NCBI GenBank assembly: GCA_965228855.1
Contig: CBDDIJ010000003.1
Location: 704,001-768,000, forward strand
DNA length: 64,000 nt
Source of the DNA: Candidatus Obscuribacterales bacterium
GTDB lineage: Bacteria; Cyanobacteriota; Vampirovibrionia; Obscuribacterales; Obscuribacteraceae
Direction of reading: 5' to 3'
Shown here: one piece after another, positions 25,407 to 35,848 of the stretch
Position numbering within the stretch: the stretch's first letter is position 1
Layout: each line of letters begins with the position of its first letter
Notes under the pieces: generated by a model
Told to the model about the DNA's origin: nothing
What the model saw: the letters and a program-made list of their open reading frames with translations, nothing else
The model's database searches: none
Translations under genes and position numbers: made by a program

Positions 25407-26324
25407 TCAAATGGGTGGACCAGAGGCTCCATATTTCGATAGTTCTTCGAGCAGGTTTCTGACCGAATATTGTGGGACATATCCGATACTGCTGGTGGTG
25501 CGTGAGATGTCCAGCCTCCTAGGACAGTGATGAAGTGGAAGATCGTGTTTTAGAGCCATCTCGTAGTATTCTGGAAAGTGCAATTTAAATGTGGTGCCTG
25601 GACCTTCTCGATCCCAGTTTAAGAACTCATCTTTTGAGTACTCATAGGCACCATCTACGGTGAGGATCAAATTTTCGCATACGTCGCGTTCCGCATCTTC
25701 ACTTTCCTCATCGCTACGTGTCGCATCTCCGTCGAGTCTCCTGGCCAGATAGTCGATACTTCTTTCTACTGATTGCGCAACATCGTTGATATGCACCGCT
25801 CCTTTCCAAAACCATTTTGCCCATTCTACGTAGTTGCTGTAAACCGCCCGGTTCCAGTGCGGAATGAACGCTCTTGGACGCAGTGTTATCGTCTTCAACT
25901 TGTGATGCGAAGCGTAAAATGAAGCCAGCTGTTCTGAAATAATTTTGCTGTTCCCATATACTGTATCGGGTTCATCGATACTGGTGCTCGAGATGAAAAT
26001 CACGCTGCCAACGCCGGCACGGACAGATGCCTCGAAAACTTCGAAAGTTCCCCTGATGTTCAGGTCGAAGAATTCGTAAGCATCCCTCTGCTTCTTAAAC
26101 TCATGAATGCCATGCCAAGCCGCGATGTGAACGACTACATCGCAGTTTGAAAACCACGTTGGAAGTTGTGGTCGATCCAAGACCGAGCCGCGGACGAATT
26201 CTCCGGGCGAGTCATGCGGCGGGTCTGCAACATCGAGAAGAACCGCTTCATCACCCCGATTCGTCAATCTTCTCGCCAGAACTTTGCCCAGATCACCACA
26301 ACCACCTGTCAGCAAAACGCGCAT
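25407..26324 (-). CDS. NAD-dependent epimerase/dehydratase
   Basis: TGGCGDLG, HIAA, YxxxK (YGNSK). Confidence 0.9.
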   Translation of the reverse strand: MRVLLTGGCGDLGKVLARRLTNRGDEAVLLDVADPPHDSPGEFVRGSVLDRPQLPTWFSNCDVVVHIAAWHGIHEFKKQRDAYEFFDLNIRGTFEVFEASVRAGVGSVIFISSTSIDEPDTVYGNSKIISEQLASFYASHHKLKTITLRPRAFIPHWNRAVYSNYVEWAKWFWKGAVHINDVAQSVERSIDYLARRLDGDATRSDEESEDAERDVCENLILTVDGAYEYSKDEFLNWDREGPGTTFKLHFPEYYEMALKHDLPLHHCPRRLDISRTTSSIGYVPQYSVRNLLEELSKYGASGPPI

Positions 26325-26515
26325 CGGTTTCCTCCCAAAAAAAAGTTGTAAAAGGCCGCCAGACGCGTAGATTCAAATTTTAGCGGTTTCGTGCAAGAAA
26401 AGACTTTTTGCAAGAAATTCGCAATTCGAAGTTTGAATCTGAAATCGTGCTAAGATGACCCACTGATTGCGTTTCTGCAGATGCAGTCAGATGTCATAAG
26501 GAAGGAGATCAATAA

Positions 26516-27115
26516 ATGAATATCTCGCGGCGCGCACTTCTGTCATTGATGACGGCGTTTGCGGTGACCGGTGGAATTGCGACGGCAAGCTTCGCAGCCG
26601 ACTCGGGAACCTTCGCCAAATTTAGTACGACTGAAGGCGACTTTACTGTCAAATTGTTCGATAAACAAGCTCCGAAAACAGTCGCCAACTTTGTTGGCTT
26701 GGCTGAAGGTACCAAAGAGTGGAAGGACCCCCGTTCGGGCAAAATGGTCAAGAAGCCGTTCTACAATGGTTTGAAGTTTCATCGCATTATCGATGGTTTC
26801 ATGATTCAGGGCGGAGATCCGCTTGGTAACGGAACTGGCGGACCCGGCTACGAATTCGAAGACGAATTCGATCCCAAGCTCCGTCACTCCAAAGCGGGAA
26901 TTCTCTCGATGGCGAATGCTGGTCGCAACACCAACGGCAGCCAGTTCTTCATCACTCTCGCTCCTACGCCTCACCTCAACGACAAACACTCGGTGTTTGG
27001 TGAAGTAGTGAGCGGCATGGATGTAATTAAAAAGCTCGGCTCGACACCTGTTGGTGCCAACGATAAGCCGATCAAAGACGAAATAATCAAGTCCGTCACG
27101 ATCGAACGCAAATAG
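26516..27115 (+). CDS. Cyclophilin-type peptidyl-prolyl isomerase with signal peptide
   Basis: FHRIIDGFMIQGGD, MANAG, NGSQFFIT; SRRAL N-terminus. Confidence 0.96.
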   Translation: MNISRRALLSLMTAFAVTGGIATASFAADSGTFAKFSTTEGDFTVKLFDKQAPKTVANFVGLAEGTKEWKDPRSGKMVKKPFYNGLKFHRIIDGFMIQGGDPLGNGTGGPGYEFEDEFDPKLRHSKAGILSMANAGRNTNGSQFFITLAPTPHLNDKHSVFGEVVSGMDVIKKLGSTPVGANDKPIKDEIIKSVTIERK

Positions 27116-27157
27116 TTTCAGCAGCGCCAGAGCGCTGTTTGTACCAAATGCAAATTT

Positions 27158-27183
27158 AAGGGGCACCATTTTTGGTGCCCTTT
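27158..27183. terminator. Hairpin terminator between convergent genes
   Basis: AAGGGGCACCA/TGGTGCCCCTT-like inverted repeat. Confidence 0.65.
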
Positions 27184-27247
27184 CGTTTAATCTGGTTTCT
27201 GCCGTGTTGATACCGGTTATGGTATCGTCGAATTCAACTAAGCGGAA

Positions 27248-28288
27248 CTAGATTTTCAATACTACTTTCCCGAAGTGAGCTCCGCTCTGCACGTAGCGAA
27301 GAGCTTCCACTACGTCGTGCGCATCGAACACTTTATCGATGACAGGTTTTGTTTTGTGCACTGTCAGAGCGGCGTTCATGCGTTCGTACATCTCTACCGA
27401 ACCGACGAAGATGCCCTGCAGTTTAACCGCCTTCATCAACAGGTGAACGGCGTGATTGCTTTGCGCATTTGGATTTGCAAGGACACCGATCAAGCTGATG
27501 TGTCCACCGACCTTGACGGAGACTGCGGACTTTTCCAGAGTACCTGAGCCGCCGACTTCGATTACGTGATCGACGCCCCGACCGCGGGTAAATTTCACTA
27601 CTTCCTTATCCCAGTCGGGATTGGATTTGTAGTTGATCACGTGTGCTGCTCCCATCTTTTTCAGCCGCTTCAACTTCTCATCGCTGCTGGATGTTGCAAT
27701 GACCTCAGCGCCACTCATAAGCGCGAACTGCATGGCAAATATGGAGACTCCGCCGGTTCCCATAACTAGAACGGTTTCACCGGCCTTTAGATTGCCTTCT
27801 TCGATTAAACCGTTCCAGGCTGTCAGAGCGGCGCATGGCAATGTTGCCGCTTCTTCGTCGCTCAAATAGTCAGGGATTTTGACAAGCGAACGTTCGTCGA
27901 AAACCGCATATTGCCTCAAGACTCCGTCGATACCGGCGCCGAGATCCGTCTGGATCACTTCGGGAGTTATCGTGCCTCCGGTCCATCCAGTCATAAAATT
28001 AGGCGAAACGCGCATGCCTACCTTGACTTTAGTCACCGCCTGACCGACTTCTATTACCTCGCCGACGCCGTCCGAAAGCGGAACTCTTGGGAGGGAAATC
28101 TTGCGATAACGACCGGTGCAAACTAACAAATCTCGGTAGTTGAGGGAAGCAGTTTTTATCCGCACCAGAACATCTCTAGGTCCCAGGGCTTGCGAAACTC
28201 TGGTGGCAGATTGGATCGCCGTCAAATCGTAGTTCGTGAGTTCGTAAGCCGCGTATTCGAGAGCACTCGAAGATGTAACTGCCGTCAT
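27248..28288 (-). CDS. Medium-chain alcohol dehydrogenase / quinone reductase family
   Basis: SLNYRD, PLSDG, LPCAALTAW, GTGGVS, HFGKVV. Confidence 0.92.
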   Translation of the reverse strand: MTAVTSSSALEYAAYELTNYDLTAIQSATRVSQALGPRDVLVRIKTASLNYRDLLVCTGRYRKISLPRVPLSDGVGEVIEVGQAVTKVKVGMRVSPNFMTGWTGGTITPEVIQTDLGAGIDGVLRQYAVFDERSLVKIPDYLSDEEAATLPCAALTAWNGLIEEGNLKAGETVLVMGTGGVSIFAMQFALMSGAEVIATSSSDEKLKRLKKMGAAHVINYKSNPDWDKEVVKFTRGRGVDHVIEVGGSGTLEKSAVSVKVGGHISLIGVLANPNAQSNHAVHLLMKAVKLQGIFVGSVEMYERMNAALTVHKTKPVIDKVFDAHDVVEALRYVQSGAHFGKVVLKI

Positions 28289-28407
28289 TGCTACCTCCGG
28301 CTGGTCGTATGTATGCTCGGTCAAACCGTGCAGCTATTATCCGATACGAAGGGCCCCTAAATATACTGTGTTAACAAAGGCTTCAGTTGGATTTGTTGCC
28401 AAGTGAA

Positions 28408-29307
28408 TCAGCGCGCCGACAATGTAGTAACTCTTGGTCTGAAGTATTGTTGGTAGTTTGCGGTCCGCATGTAAAGAAGAATCGAGGCTGTTTTTGCAAT
28501 CTTTCCGGCGGTCTTGCGCAGTTCCGGATCGTCCGATTTCATGAGAGTTTTCAAGGCACTCACGGAATTTATAGCCGCTGGAATCGAGAATTCTGATTTG
28601 TAAACTGTTTGCGTCTTGCCCGTCCGGACCTGCTTTACGTCGGAATGAGGAATTAACTCCAGCGCGTTTGCCGATGCGAACTCTCCGGATTTGTCCGTAG
28701 AAATCAAAATGTGACGACCCGGCGAAAGGGTATGAGTTTCTCCGCTTGTAATCACTTTTATGTTTCCTTTCTTTGAGTCGTGGACATCGTAAACCGCGAG
28801 CCCGTCTGCGGTAGAGGATATTAAAGCGACCGATTTACCACCGATGTGTACGACTCCATGTATTGTGGAGACGTCCATGTCATGCTGTGGAACGAAGAGC
28901 GTAGTTCCTTCGAAAAGGTTAGACTTTCGCTCAGGGTTGCGGTCATCGTTCAACGCAGCACTTTCTACTGTGGTGGCTGGTGTCACGACAGCTCCTATTG
29001 AACTCCCCGTAACCAAGTTGGCTTGAATCTCCGCCACCTGTCGATTCTGGGTCAGAGGCGCTTGACCAGAGGCGCTTGTTGCGGTTCTTCCAGCTCGTAA
29101 AGCGCCGCTCTGGGGGAGTGTAGCGACCTGAGTACCAACATTTCCACGTTCTCTCGGCGAAGCGCTCTGCGATACCGGATGTGATATCGGACTGGATGCG
29201 TACATTGGCACCGCGGATGAGACCATCAGTCCGAACAGAACGGCTCGAGCAGTCGCACCGACCCGGTTTTGAACGGTTGAAATGTTCGAGAATGCTTCGC
29301 CTTGCAT
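28408..29307 (-). CDS. Hypothetical exported protein
   Basis: Signal-like segment, low-complexity linker, beta-rich C-terminal domain; GGAG SD. Confidence 0.65.
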   Translation of the reverse strand: MQGEAFSNISTVQNRVGATARAVLFGLMVSSAVPMYASSPISHPVSQSASPRERGNVGTQVATLPQSGALRAGRTATSASGQAPLTQNRQVAEIQANLVTGSSIGAVVTPATTVESAALNDDRNPERKSNLFEGTTLFVPQHDMDVSTIHGVVHIGGKSVALISSTADGLAVYDVHDSKKGNIKVITSGETHTLSPGRHILISTDKSGEFASANALELIPHSDVKQVRTGKTQTVYKSEFSIPAAINSVSALKTLMKSDDPELRKTAGKIAKTASILLYMRTANYQQYFRPRVTTLSAR

Positions 29308-29602
29308 GATGTCTCCTTCGGCTTTCCATTTAGACCGCATTGCGAACTGCGAATGCGAACTTACAACAGAGTGAAGCATTGTTGTGTCGGTCTTGTGAAC
29401 GAGCCGGCATCCTCTCATTAATGTTTGTTCCTTTTCGTGTCGTTCATCTTGAAGACTGTCGAGCCTGTCCCAGGCGCGCGTTTGGCGCTCTCGAGGAGCT
29501 TAAGCCGGTTGGCGATATTGTGAATTGATAATGTGAGTTGTGGAGCGAAACGGCTGTTGTGTGCGATTATTATTGACCGCAGGCGCTCGAAAGTGAGGTC
29601 AC

Positions 29603-30310
29603 ATGAGCATCAAGAAATCTTGTAAACGTCCGATCCTTGCCGCACTCGCATCAATCTATCTGCTTGCTGGTGTTTCTGCGCCGGCATTGGCGGAGGGATT
29701 GTTCTATGACGCAGAGCATGATGTATTTGTCCTGCCGACCAATGAATTGAGCGTTCGATATAACAGTAAAACATTTGCGCCTGTAAAAGCCACCAAATAC
29801 GGTGACGATGCCGTCCACTTTCTTCAGTATCCTCTTCTCACCGGCGTAAAGATTGAGGAGGACTTCAGCAAGATGAACATCTCGCAATCGCCTGAATCCA
29901 TACAAATTGAGTGTTATGATTCCGGACCAATCGGTCCTATGGGAACCAATCGCATCTCCAAGGACTTTCTGAAAGAAAACAAAGTCACTCAAGTGAGCTA
30001 CAACCACGAGAAGATTGCGAAGGAAACCGGAATGCCGGTATCAGCTCTTCGAGCAATGAAAGCGATATTGATCTTTGAAGTGAAGCCGAAGAGCGGCGCT
30101 GATGCCTACAACTTATTCGCGTTTCAACATGATGGTCATACGACAATGTTTGCAAGGCGAATGCGTAGTGGAAGGGCTGATATCAAAAATGACCCACCGG
30201 TAATCATCGTAGACATGCGTCTAGGTTCAGTCAAAGATAGTAAAGCGAATGTGGAGTTTCCTGCCACGACTGAAAAAACGGCAAGCGAAGGCACACCTTC
30301 CGAACAATGA
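29603..30310 (+). CDS. Hypothetical secreted protein
   Basis: Signal peptide ending ALA; GAGG SD. Confidence 0.7.
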   Translation: MSIKKSCKRPILAALASIYLLAGVSAPALAEGLFYDAEHDVFVLPTNELSVRYNSKTFAPVKATKYGDDAVHFLQYPLLTGVKIEEDFSKMNISQSPESIQIECYDSGPIGPMGTNRISKDFLKENKVTQVSYNHEKIAKETGMPVSALRAMKAILIFEVKPKSGADAYNLFAFQHDGHTTMFARRMRSGRADIKNDPPVIIVDMRLGSVKDSKANVEFPATTEKTASEGTPSEQ

Positions 30311-30342
30311 GTTGTTAGCCCCGAGGGTGTAGCGCGCATTCG

Positions 30343-32085
30343 ATGAAAGGCGTGGCTCAGAAACTGATTCGAATGTACGGGTATTTCCCCGTAATAGAGG
30401 CCTGCGTGATTGGCACTGCATCCGGTGCCTGTGCCCTGCTGCTGGGTGCAGGAATAAATTGGCTAGGCTCGTTGCGATTGTTGCTCTGCCAGAGCTATCC
30501 TGCGATGCTCGTATTGCCTCTATTCGGATTAGTTGGTGGCATGATCGCCGGATGCATGTTGCTCATTTCTCCTGATACCTCTGGTAGTGGCATCCCTCAA
30601 GTACGGGCTGTTCTGAACAGAATGAATCTGCCACTAGACGTCAGGGTGGCTATAGCGAAACTAATTGGTGGCACCGTGGCACTTGGCTCCGGTCTCTTCA
30701 TGGGAAGAGAGGGACCCACTGTGCAAGTCGGTGCAGCGATCGCCGGTCAGTTGACTCGATGGATCCCCACAACTGTCGAAAGTCGCAGATATCTCATAGC
30801 CTCAGGCGCCGCCGCTGGTTTAGCCGCTGCTTTCAGTGCGCCCATCGCTGGAGTCGTTTTCGTAATTGAGGAACTTTTGAAGGAGTTCAAACCCGCGGCC
30901 GTGGCACTATGCATAGTGTCATGCTTCAGTGCCTGTCTAATCGAGCAGCATTTCGGCACGCCCCACAAAATCGTATTTCGAAGCGAGACCTTTCAGGGTG
31001 TTTTGAATGCACCGGACATTTTGTTTCTTGTTGTCCTTGCCATAATCTGCGGGTTCTTCGGAGCGCTATTTAACCGGGGGATTCTGCTCTTGCTTCGGCT
31101 GTTTCGCTCGGTAAAGGTGCCGAAACCCTTCAAAGTCGGCTTTGCTGGTTTGCTCACTGGTGCCATAGTGGCGATGCTTCCTGCAACGCTGCATGATTAT
31201 GCTGGTGCGCGAGCGATGATAAATTCCGGCACACTGGAAGGCGACCTGGTTCCGATAGTATTCAGTTCATTTTCCGTTCTTACATTTCTTGGCTACGGAT
31301 CCGGCGCTCCTGGCGGTTTGTTCGCTCCGACCCTATCAATCGGTTCTTCAATCGGCTACATGGTCGGAGAAGCCGAGCGCTTTTGGATGCATACCGGGGC
31401 TTTGCATTTGTTTTCCCTGGTTGGTATGGGCGCGTTCTTCGCGGGGGTATCGCGCGCGCCCTTGACGGCTATCGTCATCGTTTTTGAGATGGTTAGCGAT
31501 TTCGCGCTGGTGCCACCACTAATGATCGCTTGCGTAATTTCTTCGTTTGTTGGTGATTGTTTCTATAAGGGTGGATTGTACGATCTCTTGATGGTTTGGA
31601 ATGGATTACATCTGCGCAATCCCGATCAGCCTGCTGAAGCCGTTGGAGTGTGCGCGCGCGACCTGATGACTGCTAAATTCGATGTCGTGGAGTCCGGCAT
31701 GACTCAAAAGACAGCTCTTGAACTCTTAGAGAAGACAAAAACATTAAGTGTTTCAGTGGTGAAGAAGGGCAAATTGATCGGTGTTTTCGTGGGTGGCGAC
31801 CGTCCGGCATCCACTAACCTGGAAACGGTAACCGTCGATAGCGCCATGGTGACTCCACCGCTGGCGGTAGCGCCGCACGACAGTGCCGAGGACCTGTTAT
31901 TTTTATTCTCTAGATACAAGTTCAACTGGCTGCCAGTCACTGATGATTCGAATAATTTGATTGGTGTAGTCTGGCAGAATGATCTTATTAATTCAGTTTT
32001 CCCGACAAAAACTGTAGGCGACGACACAGATGGCGACCCTGTTGATTCGGCTGAATCTGTCGAGCCCTCTTCTCCGTCTGCGTAA
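30343..32085 (+). CDS. ClC H+/Cl- exchange transporter with CBS domains
   Basis: GSGIP, GREGP and GLFAP signatures; C-terminal CBS pair. Confidence 0.95.
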   Translation: MKGVAQKLIRMYGYFPVIEACVIGTASGACALLLGAGINWLGSLRLLLCQSYPAMLVLPLFGLVGGMIAGCMLLISPDTSGSGIPQVRAVLNRMNLPLDVRVAIAKLIGGTVALGSGLFMGREGPTVQVGAAIAGQLTRWIPTTVESRRYLIASGAAAGLAAAFSAPIAGVVFVIEELLKEFKPAAVALCIVSCFSACLIEQHFGTPHKIVFRSETFQGVLNAPDILFLVVLAIICGFFGALFNRGILLLLRLFRSVKVPKPFKVGFAGLLTGAIVAMLPATLHDYAGARAMINSGTLEGDLVPIVFSSFSVLTFLGYGSGAPGGLFAPTLSIGSSIGYMVGEAERFWMHTGALHLFSLVGMGAFFAGVSRAPLTAIVIVFEMVSDFALVPPLMIACVISSFVGDCFYKGGLYDLLMVWNGLHLRNPDQPAEAVGVCARDLMTAKFDVVESGMTQKTALELLEKTKTLSVSVVKKGKLIGVFVGGDRPASTNLETVTVDSAMVTPPLAVAPHDSAEDLLFLFSRYKFNWLPVTDDSNNLIGVVWQNDLINSVFPTKTVGDDTDGDPVDSAESVEPSSPSA

Positions 32086-32231
32086 TTACACCATGGTTTT
32101 GAGGGTTTAGTCACAAATTCGTGATATCCCGTCGCCTATAGTGATAGCAGGTTTACAACGCAAATGACCAGGGTCTGGACTGCCGGAGTGTTCCAGCAGC
32201 TTCTGCATGTCGATTTTATTGAGGCAAGACA

Positions 32232-33425
32232 ATGTCAAAAGAGAACTTTTTTGAATCCAAAGCTCATGGCGGATTGAATTCTGCCGACTCTATCATGACG
32301 GCACATGCTCTGAGGAGTTCGGAAGACGGTGATTGGCAGTCGAGAGCTCTCAGTGGCTTTCTAGATAGCGCAAAGGAAGCCTGGAGCAATAAAGAGGATA
32401 CTGCGACGACAGTCGCGTCAGGACTGGCTATTGGTGCTGCAATCCAGACGGGACTCAATAACGCTGAGCATGTCGGCGGCAAAGTCGGTGCTGCCGCAAA
32501 GATTGGCAAGGCGTTGTTTGTCGGTGTTCCTCTGGCTATGTCCGCCGTTCGAATAACTGGAGCTGATGACTCAGCTCGCGAGGCTGGTCGGATGGTTTTT
32601 GAAACAGGATTGTTCCTCGGGGCAGGCAAGTTGGGATCGATGGCAGATCGGGTGCCAGTCCTCGGTAAGCCGCTGGGACCGCGTCCCGTATCTCAAGTCC
32701 CTGAGAAGTTAAACTATCAAGTCTTCGGAAAGGAGGTCAAGATAGACAATTTGTCCGGATCGTATAGTCCAGTGCAGGTTCGTCTTTCCAATGGAATGGG
32801 TTTTATCACTAGTGGAGCGCGTCAGGAAACGTCGAGTCTGATTCACATGCCTCGGGAAGTACAGGGCGTCGGCAAGTTTGCTTACGATTCACGAAGCACC
32901 ACACTGACAAATTCACATGGTTCTTTCACGAGGAGTCACGTAGATAAATCAACAAGCGTTGTCACCAAAAGTGGTGACACCGTAAGTACGACCGACGGAA
33001 AAGTATATACTGTGCGCAGGACTGAGTCCGGCAACGAGCTATCGGTTTTTCCTGATGGAACCAGATCCGTACTGGAGGGTTCGTATCAGTCAGGTCGCCT
33101 CTGGTCATTCAGAGAGGACGGCTCAATCGCTATGAGGAGTCTTCCATCAGGGAAGTATCGGTTGAACCTTGATCCTTCCGGTGATGGCATATATCACTTC
33201 ACTCATGGTACCAGTCGTGGTATCGCAGGTAGGGTCGGACCAAGGTCAAACTACTCGCCTCTCAAGATTGACGATACGAAAGTGTCTCTCAATCCTCCTG
33301 CGGATGGTACGAGAAAAGCTGTTCCCTTCATGATTCCCGACGCCAATCCGCTGCCTGTCAATGTGGTCAAACCATTATTTGAATCAAGACAAATTCTAGA
33401 TTTATTGGCTATCCAGCCGAAGTAG
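32232..33425 (+). CDS. Hypothetical protein
   Basis: Long ORF; Gly/Ala hydrophobic helices followed by a beta-hairpin-rich region. Confidence 0.7.
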   Translation: MSKENFFESKAHGGLNSADSIMTAHALRSSEDGDWQSRALSGFLDSAKEAWSNKEDTATTVASGLAIGAAIQTGLNNAEHVGGKVGAAAKIGKALFVGVPLAMSAVRITGADDSAREAGRMVFETGLFLGAGKLGSMADRVPVLGKPLGPRPVSQVPEKLNYQVFGKEVKIDNLSGSYSPVQVRLSNGMGFITSGARQETSSLIHMPREVQGVGKFAYDSRSTTLTNSHGSFTRSHVDKSTSVVTKSGDTVSTTDGKVYTVRRTESGNELSVFPDGTRSVLEGSYQSGRLWSFREDGSIAMRSLPSGKYRLNLDPSGDGIYHFTHGTSRGIAGRVGPRSNYSPLKIDDTKVSLNPPADGTRKAVPFMIPDANPLPVNVVKPLFESRQILDLLAIQPK

Positions 33426-33437
33426 TTGTGAGAACTT

Positions 33438-35681
33438 CTACCAGCGAAAGCTTCGAGCAGCAAACCAGTTATGCCCAGGTAACGGTACAGGAACCATCTG
33501 CTGGGAAAACTCTGAGGCTGCTTTGTGCGTGTCGAAAATGACAATGATCTCCTTATTAGCAAGTGTCACCGGTGGCGATGGCAAAGGAGAAGACCATCGG
33601 AGTGCTTCGCCGCTTATACTTTCGAGTAATTTGATTTCATGCTCTTGAGTAGACAATGAATTGTATAGCGGTGCATTTCTTTCGATAGAGTTGATTGTGA
33701 TCTGACCATCTGAGGTTACTTTGAGACGGACGAGCGTGTGTTCATCCGATTCTTCGACTGGACAATACCAATTTGTTCGAATTCTTTGCTGTATCTCGTT
33801 TAAATATCCTTTTTCGGTAAACTGGAGAGTTCCCACGAGTTCAGGTTTCGGGTAGCGATCTTTATTCAGTAGTTTCTCGTACGTTTCTAACTCATTCGTG
33901 CGTCCACTAGCAACTAGTGCTTGGCGATATAACTGACGGGACAGTCCCTGATAGTATCGCTGAGAATCATGACTGAGTTGCGTTCCTCGTCGCACTATAT
34001 ACGGTGAATCGGGATCTGTGGGTGCAAATCGTGAATTTACATAATGGTCAACTCGGCCAAAGGTCTCAAACAGCCTTTCGAGGACCTGATCATCGGTAAA
34101 ATTACGATCGTCCGGAACTGCGACTGCTTTCTCTTCCTCCCAAAAACGCGGCGGTGGAAACTGCGCTTTCGAGTCTAGCGATAAGATGGCTGAATTCTTC
34201 AGAGGTTTTAAAGCATCGATTGGTCGATTCATCTTCATCAAAAATAGACCATAGAGAGCTGAAGATTCGATTGAGTGAAACTTATCATCGTATGCGCGCA
34301 AAAATGTTTCATCTTCAGGATTAGATCTACTTTCGACGCACAGGGCTGCGACATTATAGGATGCCTGCCGCTCGTCTTCTGAATGATTTGCGTCCGAACC
34401 ATATGTTAATGCCGCTAACTTGAATTGTTCTTTGGCGGAGCGTAGATCTCCGTCAGCGTACGCGAGGCAACCCAAGTTATATCGAGTGTTTGCCACTTCA
34501 ATTTTTTTATCGAGTTCCTCATACTTGCCCAGGGCCTTTTCAAAACAATCTTTGGCGCTATGCAGAGATTCTGAATCGTACGCGGCGATACCATTGTTGT
34601 AGTCAACGTTCGCTGAATAAAACTTATGTTTTCCATCAGGTTCGAAGAGAAAGACTTTTGGCGTATTCTTCTCGGCAGTCTCGGACGGCGTTTCAAGCTC
34701 GGTAGGGAAATTCTCTAAATGATTGATATTATCGAAGTGACATGCTGCTACTGCCCTGATATCACCGGAGTTGAAGAATGACGCTTCTTCTTTTAGTTCA
34801 TGGGAGTACCATTCCTTCTCTTCCTTTGTGGATGCGTTTAGAGCAAGTCGAGCTAAGGCAGACCACCTCTCTTTTCTTGTACTTACTGCGCTGAGTTCCG
34901 TTATAAGTTCTGAAGGGATGTTTCTAGTATTTTCTTGAGCCAGACGAAACAGCGCCGCTGTTTCTTCAATGCATTTGGCTCTGTGATAATGCCGGGCAAG
35001 TTGTAAGGACGCTTTCAGGGCGAGATAGTGCCGCTCGTTTTTGTACTCGCTTCCCGCCGAGTCTTTCTGAAATCCCTGCCGGCTTGCAACCGAGACAACT
35101 GCCTTCTCCAACGCCTGGCGAGCTTCATGGTCAAGCGCGTCCCGCGCCTGCTCCGGCAAGTCGTCCAGAGCGTCGCTGCACGACCACATCTGCGATTCCT
35201 CGTCTCTTATGAATGCGCCATCATGATGGCGTTCCTCGTCCTGCTTTTCTGCCTCGCACCGTTTGCGGTGGCAGTCGTTTCGAAGCGTACTCAATGGTTG
35301 AATGGCGTTTTGAAATTCACCAACCGCGACGTACGATAATCCTAATCCGAGCAGACTTCTGGGATCTCTGGCTCTTTGCGCGAGAGCTCGTCGAAAAGCT
35401 TGAATTGCTTTCCGATAGTCTCCTGTTCTGTAAAATCTTTCACCGTCTTCTCTGTCACTTGAAACTTCCGCCCCCAATCCCGCGCCGCCGCAGCCCATGG
35501 GAATTGCTTGACTCGAGCGGTTTACGATAATTATTGGTACCGAGCCGGCATTTGATGAGACATCTGAAGGGGTTGCAATTTCATAATTTTTCGTCGCTTT
35601 GAAATCTGAGCGGTTAACCAGCATAAGCGACAGACACGCCGCCGTGAGAGCGGTCGCTACCAAGAAACCGTTAGGCTGCAT
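33438..35681 (-). CDS. TPR protein with TonB-C/TolA-like C-terminus
   Basis: TPR-like helices; YLNEIQQRIRTNW...SDGQI...PLPSPP. Confidence 0.72.
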   Translation of the reverse strand: MQPNGFLVATALTAACLSLMLVNRSDFKATKNYEIATPSDVSSNAGSVPIIIVNRSSQAIPMGCGGAGLGAEVSSDREDGERFYRTGDYRKAIQAFRRALAQRARDPRSLLGLGLSYVAVGEFQNAIQPLSTLRNDCHRKRCEAEKQDEERHHDGAFIRDEESQMWSCSDALDDLPEQARDALDHEARQALEKAVVSVASRQGFQKDSAGSEYKNERHYLALKASLQLARHYHRAKCIEETAALFRLAQENTRNIPSELITELSAVSTRKERWSALARLALNASTKEEKEWYSHELKEEASFFNSGDIRAVAACHFDNINHLENFPTELETPSETAEKNTPKVFLFEPDGKHKFYSANVDYNNGIAAYDSESLHSAKDCFEKALGKYEELDKKIEVANTRYNLGCLAYADGDLRSAKEQFKLAALTYGSDANHSEDERQASYNVAALCVESRSNPEDETFLRAYDDKFHSIESSALYGLFLMKMNRPIDALKPLKNSAILSLDSKAQFPPPRFWEEEKAVAVPDDRNFTDDQVLERLFETFGRVDHYVNSRFAPTDPDSPYIVRRGTQLSHDSQRYYQGLSRQLYRQALVASGRTNELETYEKLLNKDRYPKPELVGTLQFTEKGYLNEIQQRIRTNWYCPVEESDEHTLVRLKVTSDGQITINSIERNAPLYNSLSTQEHEIKLLESISGEALRWSSPLPSPPVTLANKEIIVIFDTHKAASEFSQQMVPVPLPGHNWFAARSFRW

Positions 35682-35848
35682 CGACGGATTTACCTCGCAT
35701 CAAGTACGGCACCTGGAAGATTCGGTGAGCGCGTTGACGCGCTGATTTGAATGAATAGTAAAACGCCCGAGCCAAGTCGAGAATCATGTCCAGTACGTCT
35801 CCATCATCAAGGAGAACAGATTGGAGATACATGGGAAAAACCCTGAAA

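Noticed and set aside
19127..26324. Prophage or integrative element carrying the tRNA array
   Set aside because: No integrase, transposase, phage gene or flanking direct repeat seen.
26543..27169. Long antisense ORFs (also 35786-36565, 51483-52208 and others)
   Set aside because: Shadows of well-supported genes on the opposite strand.
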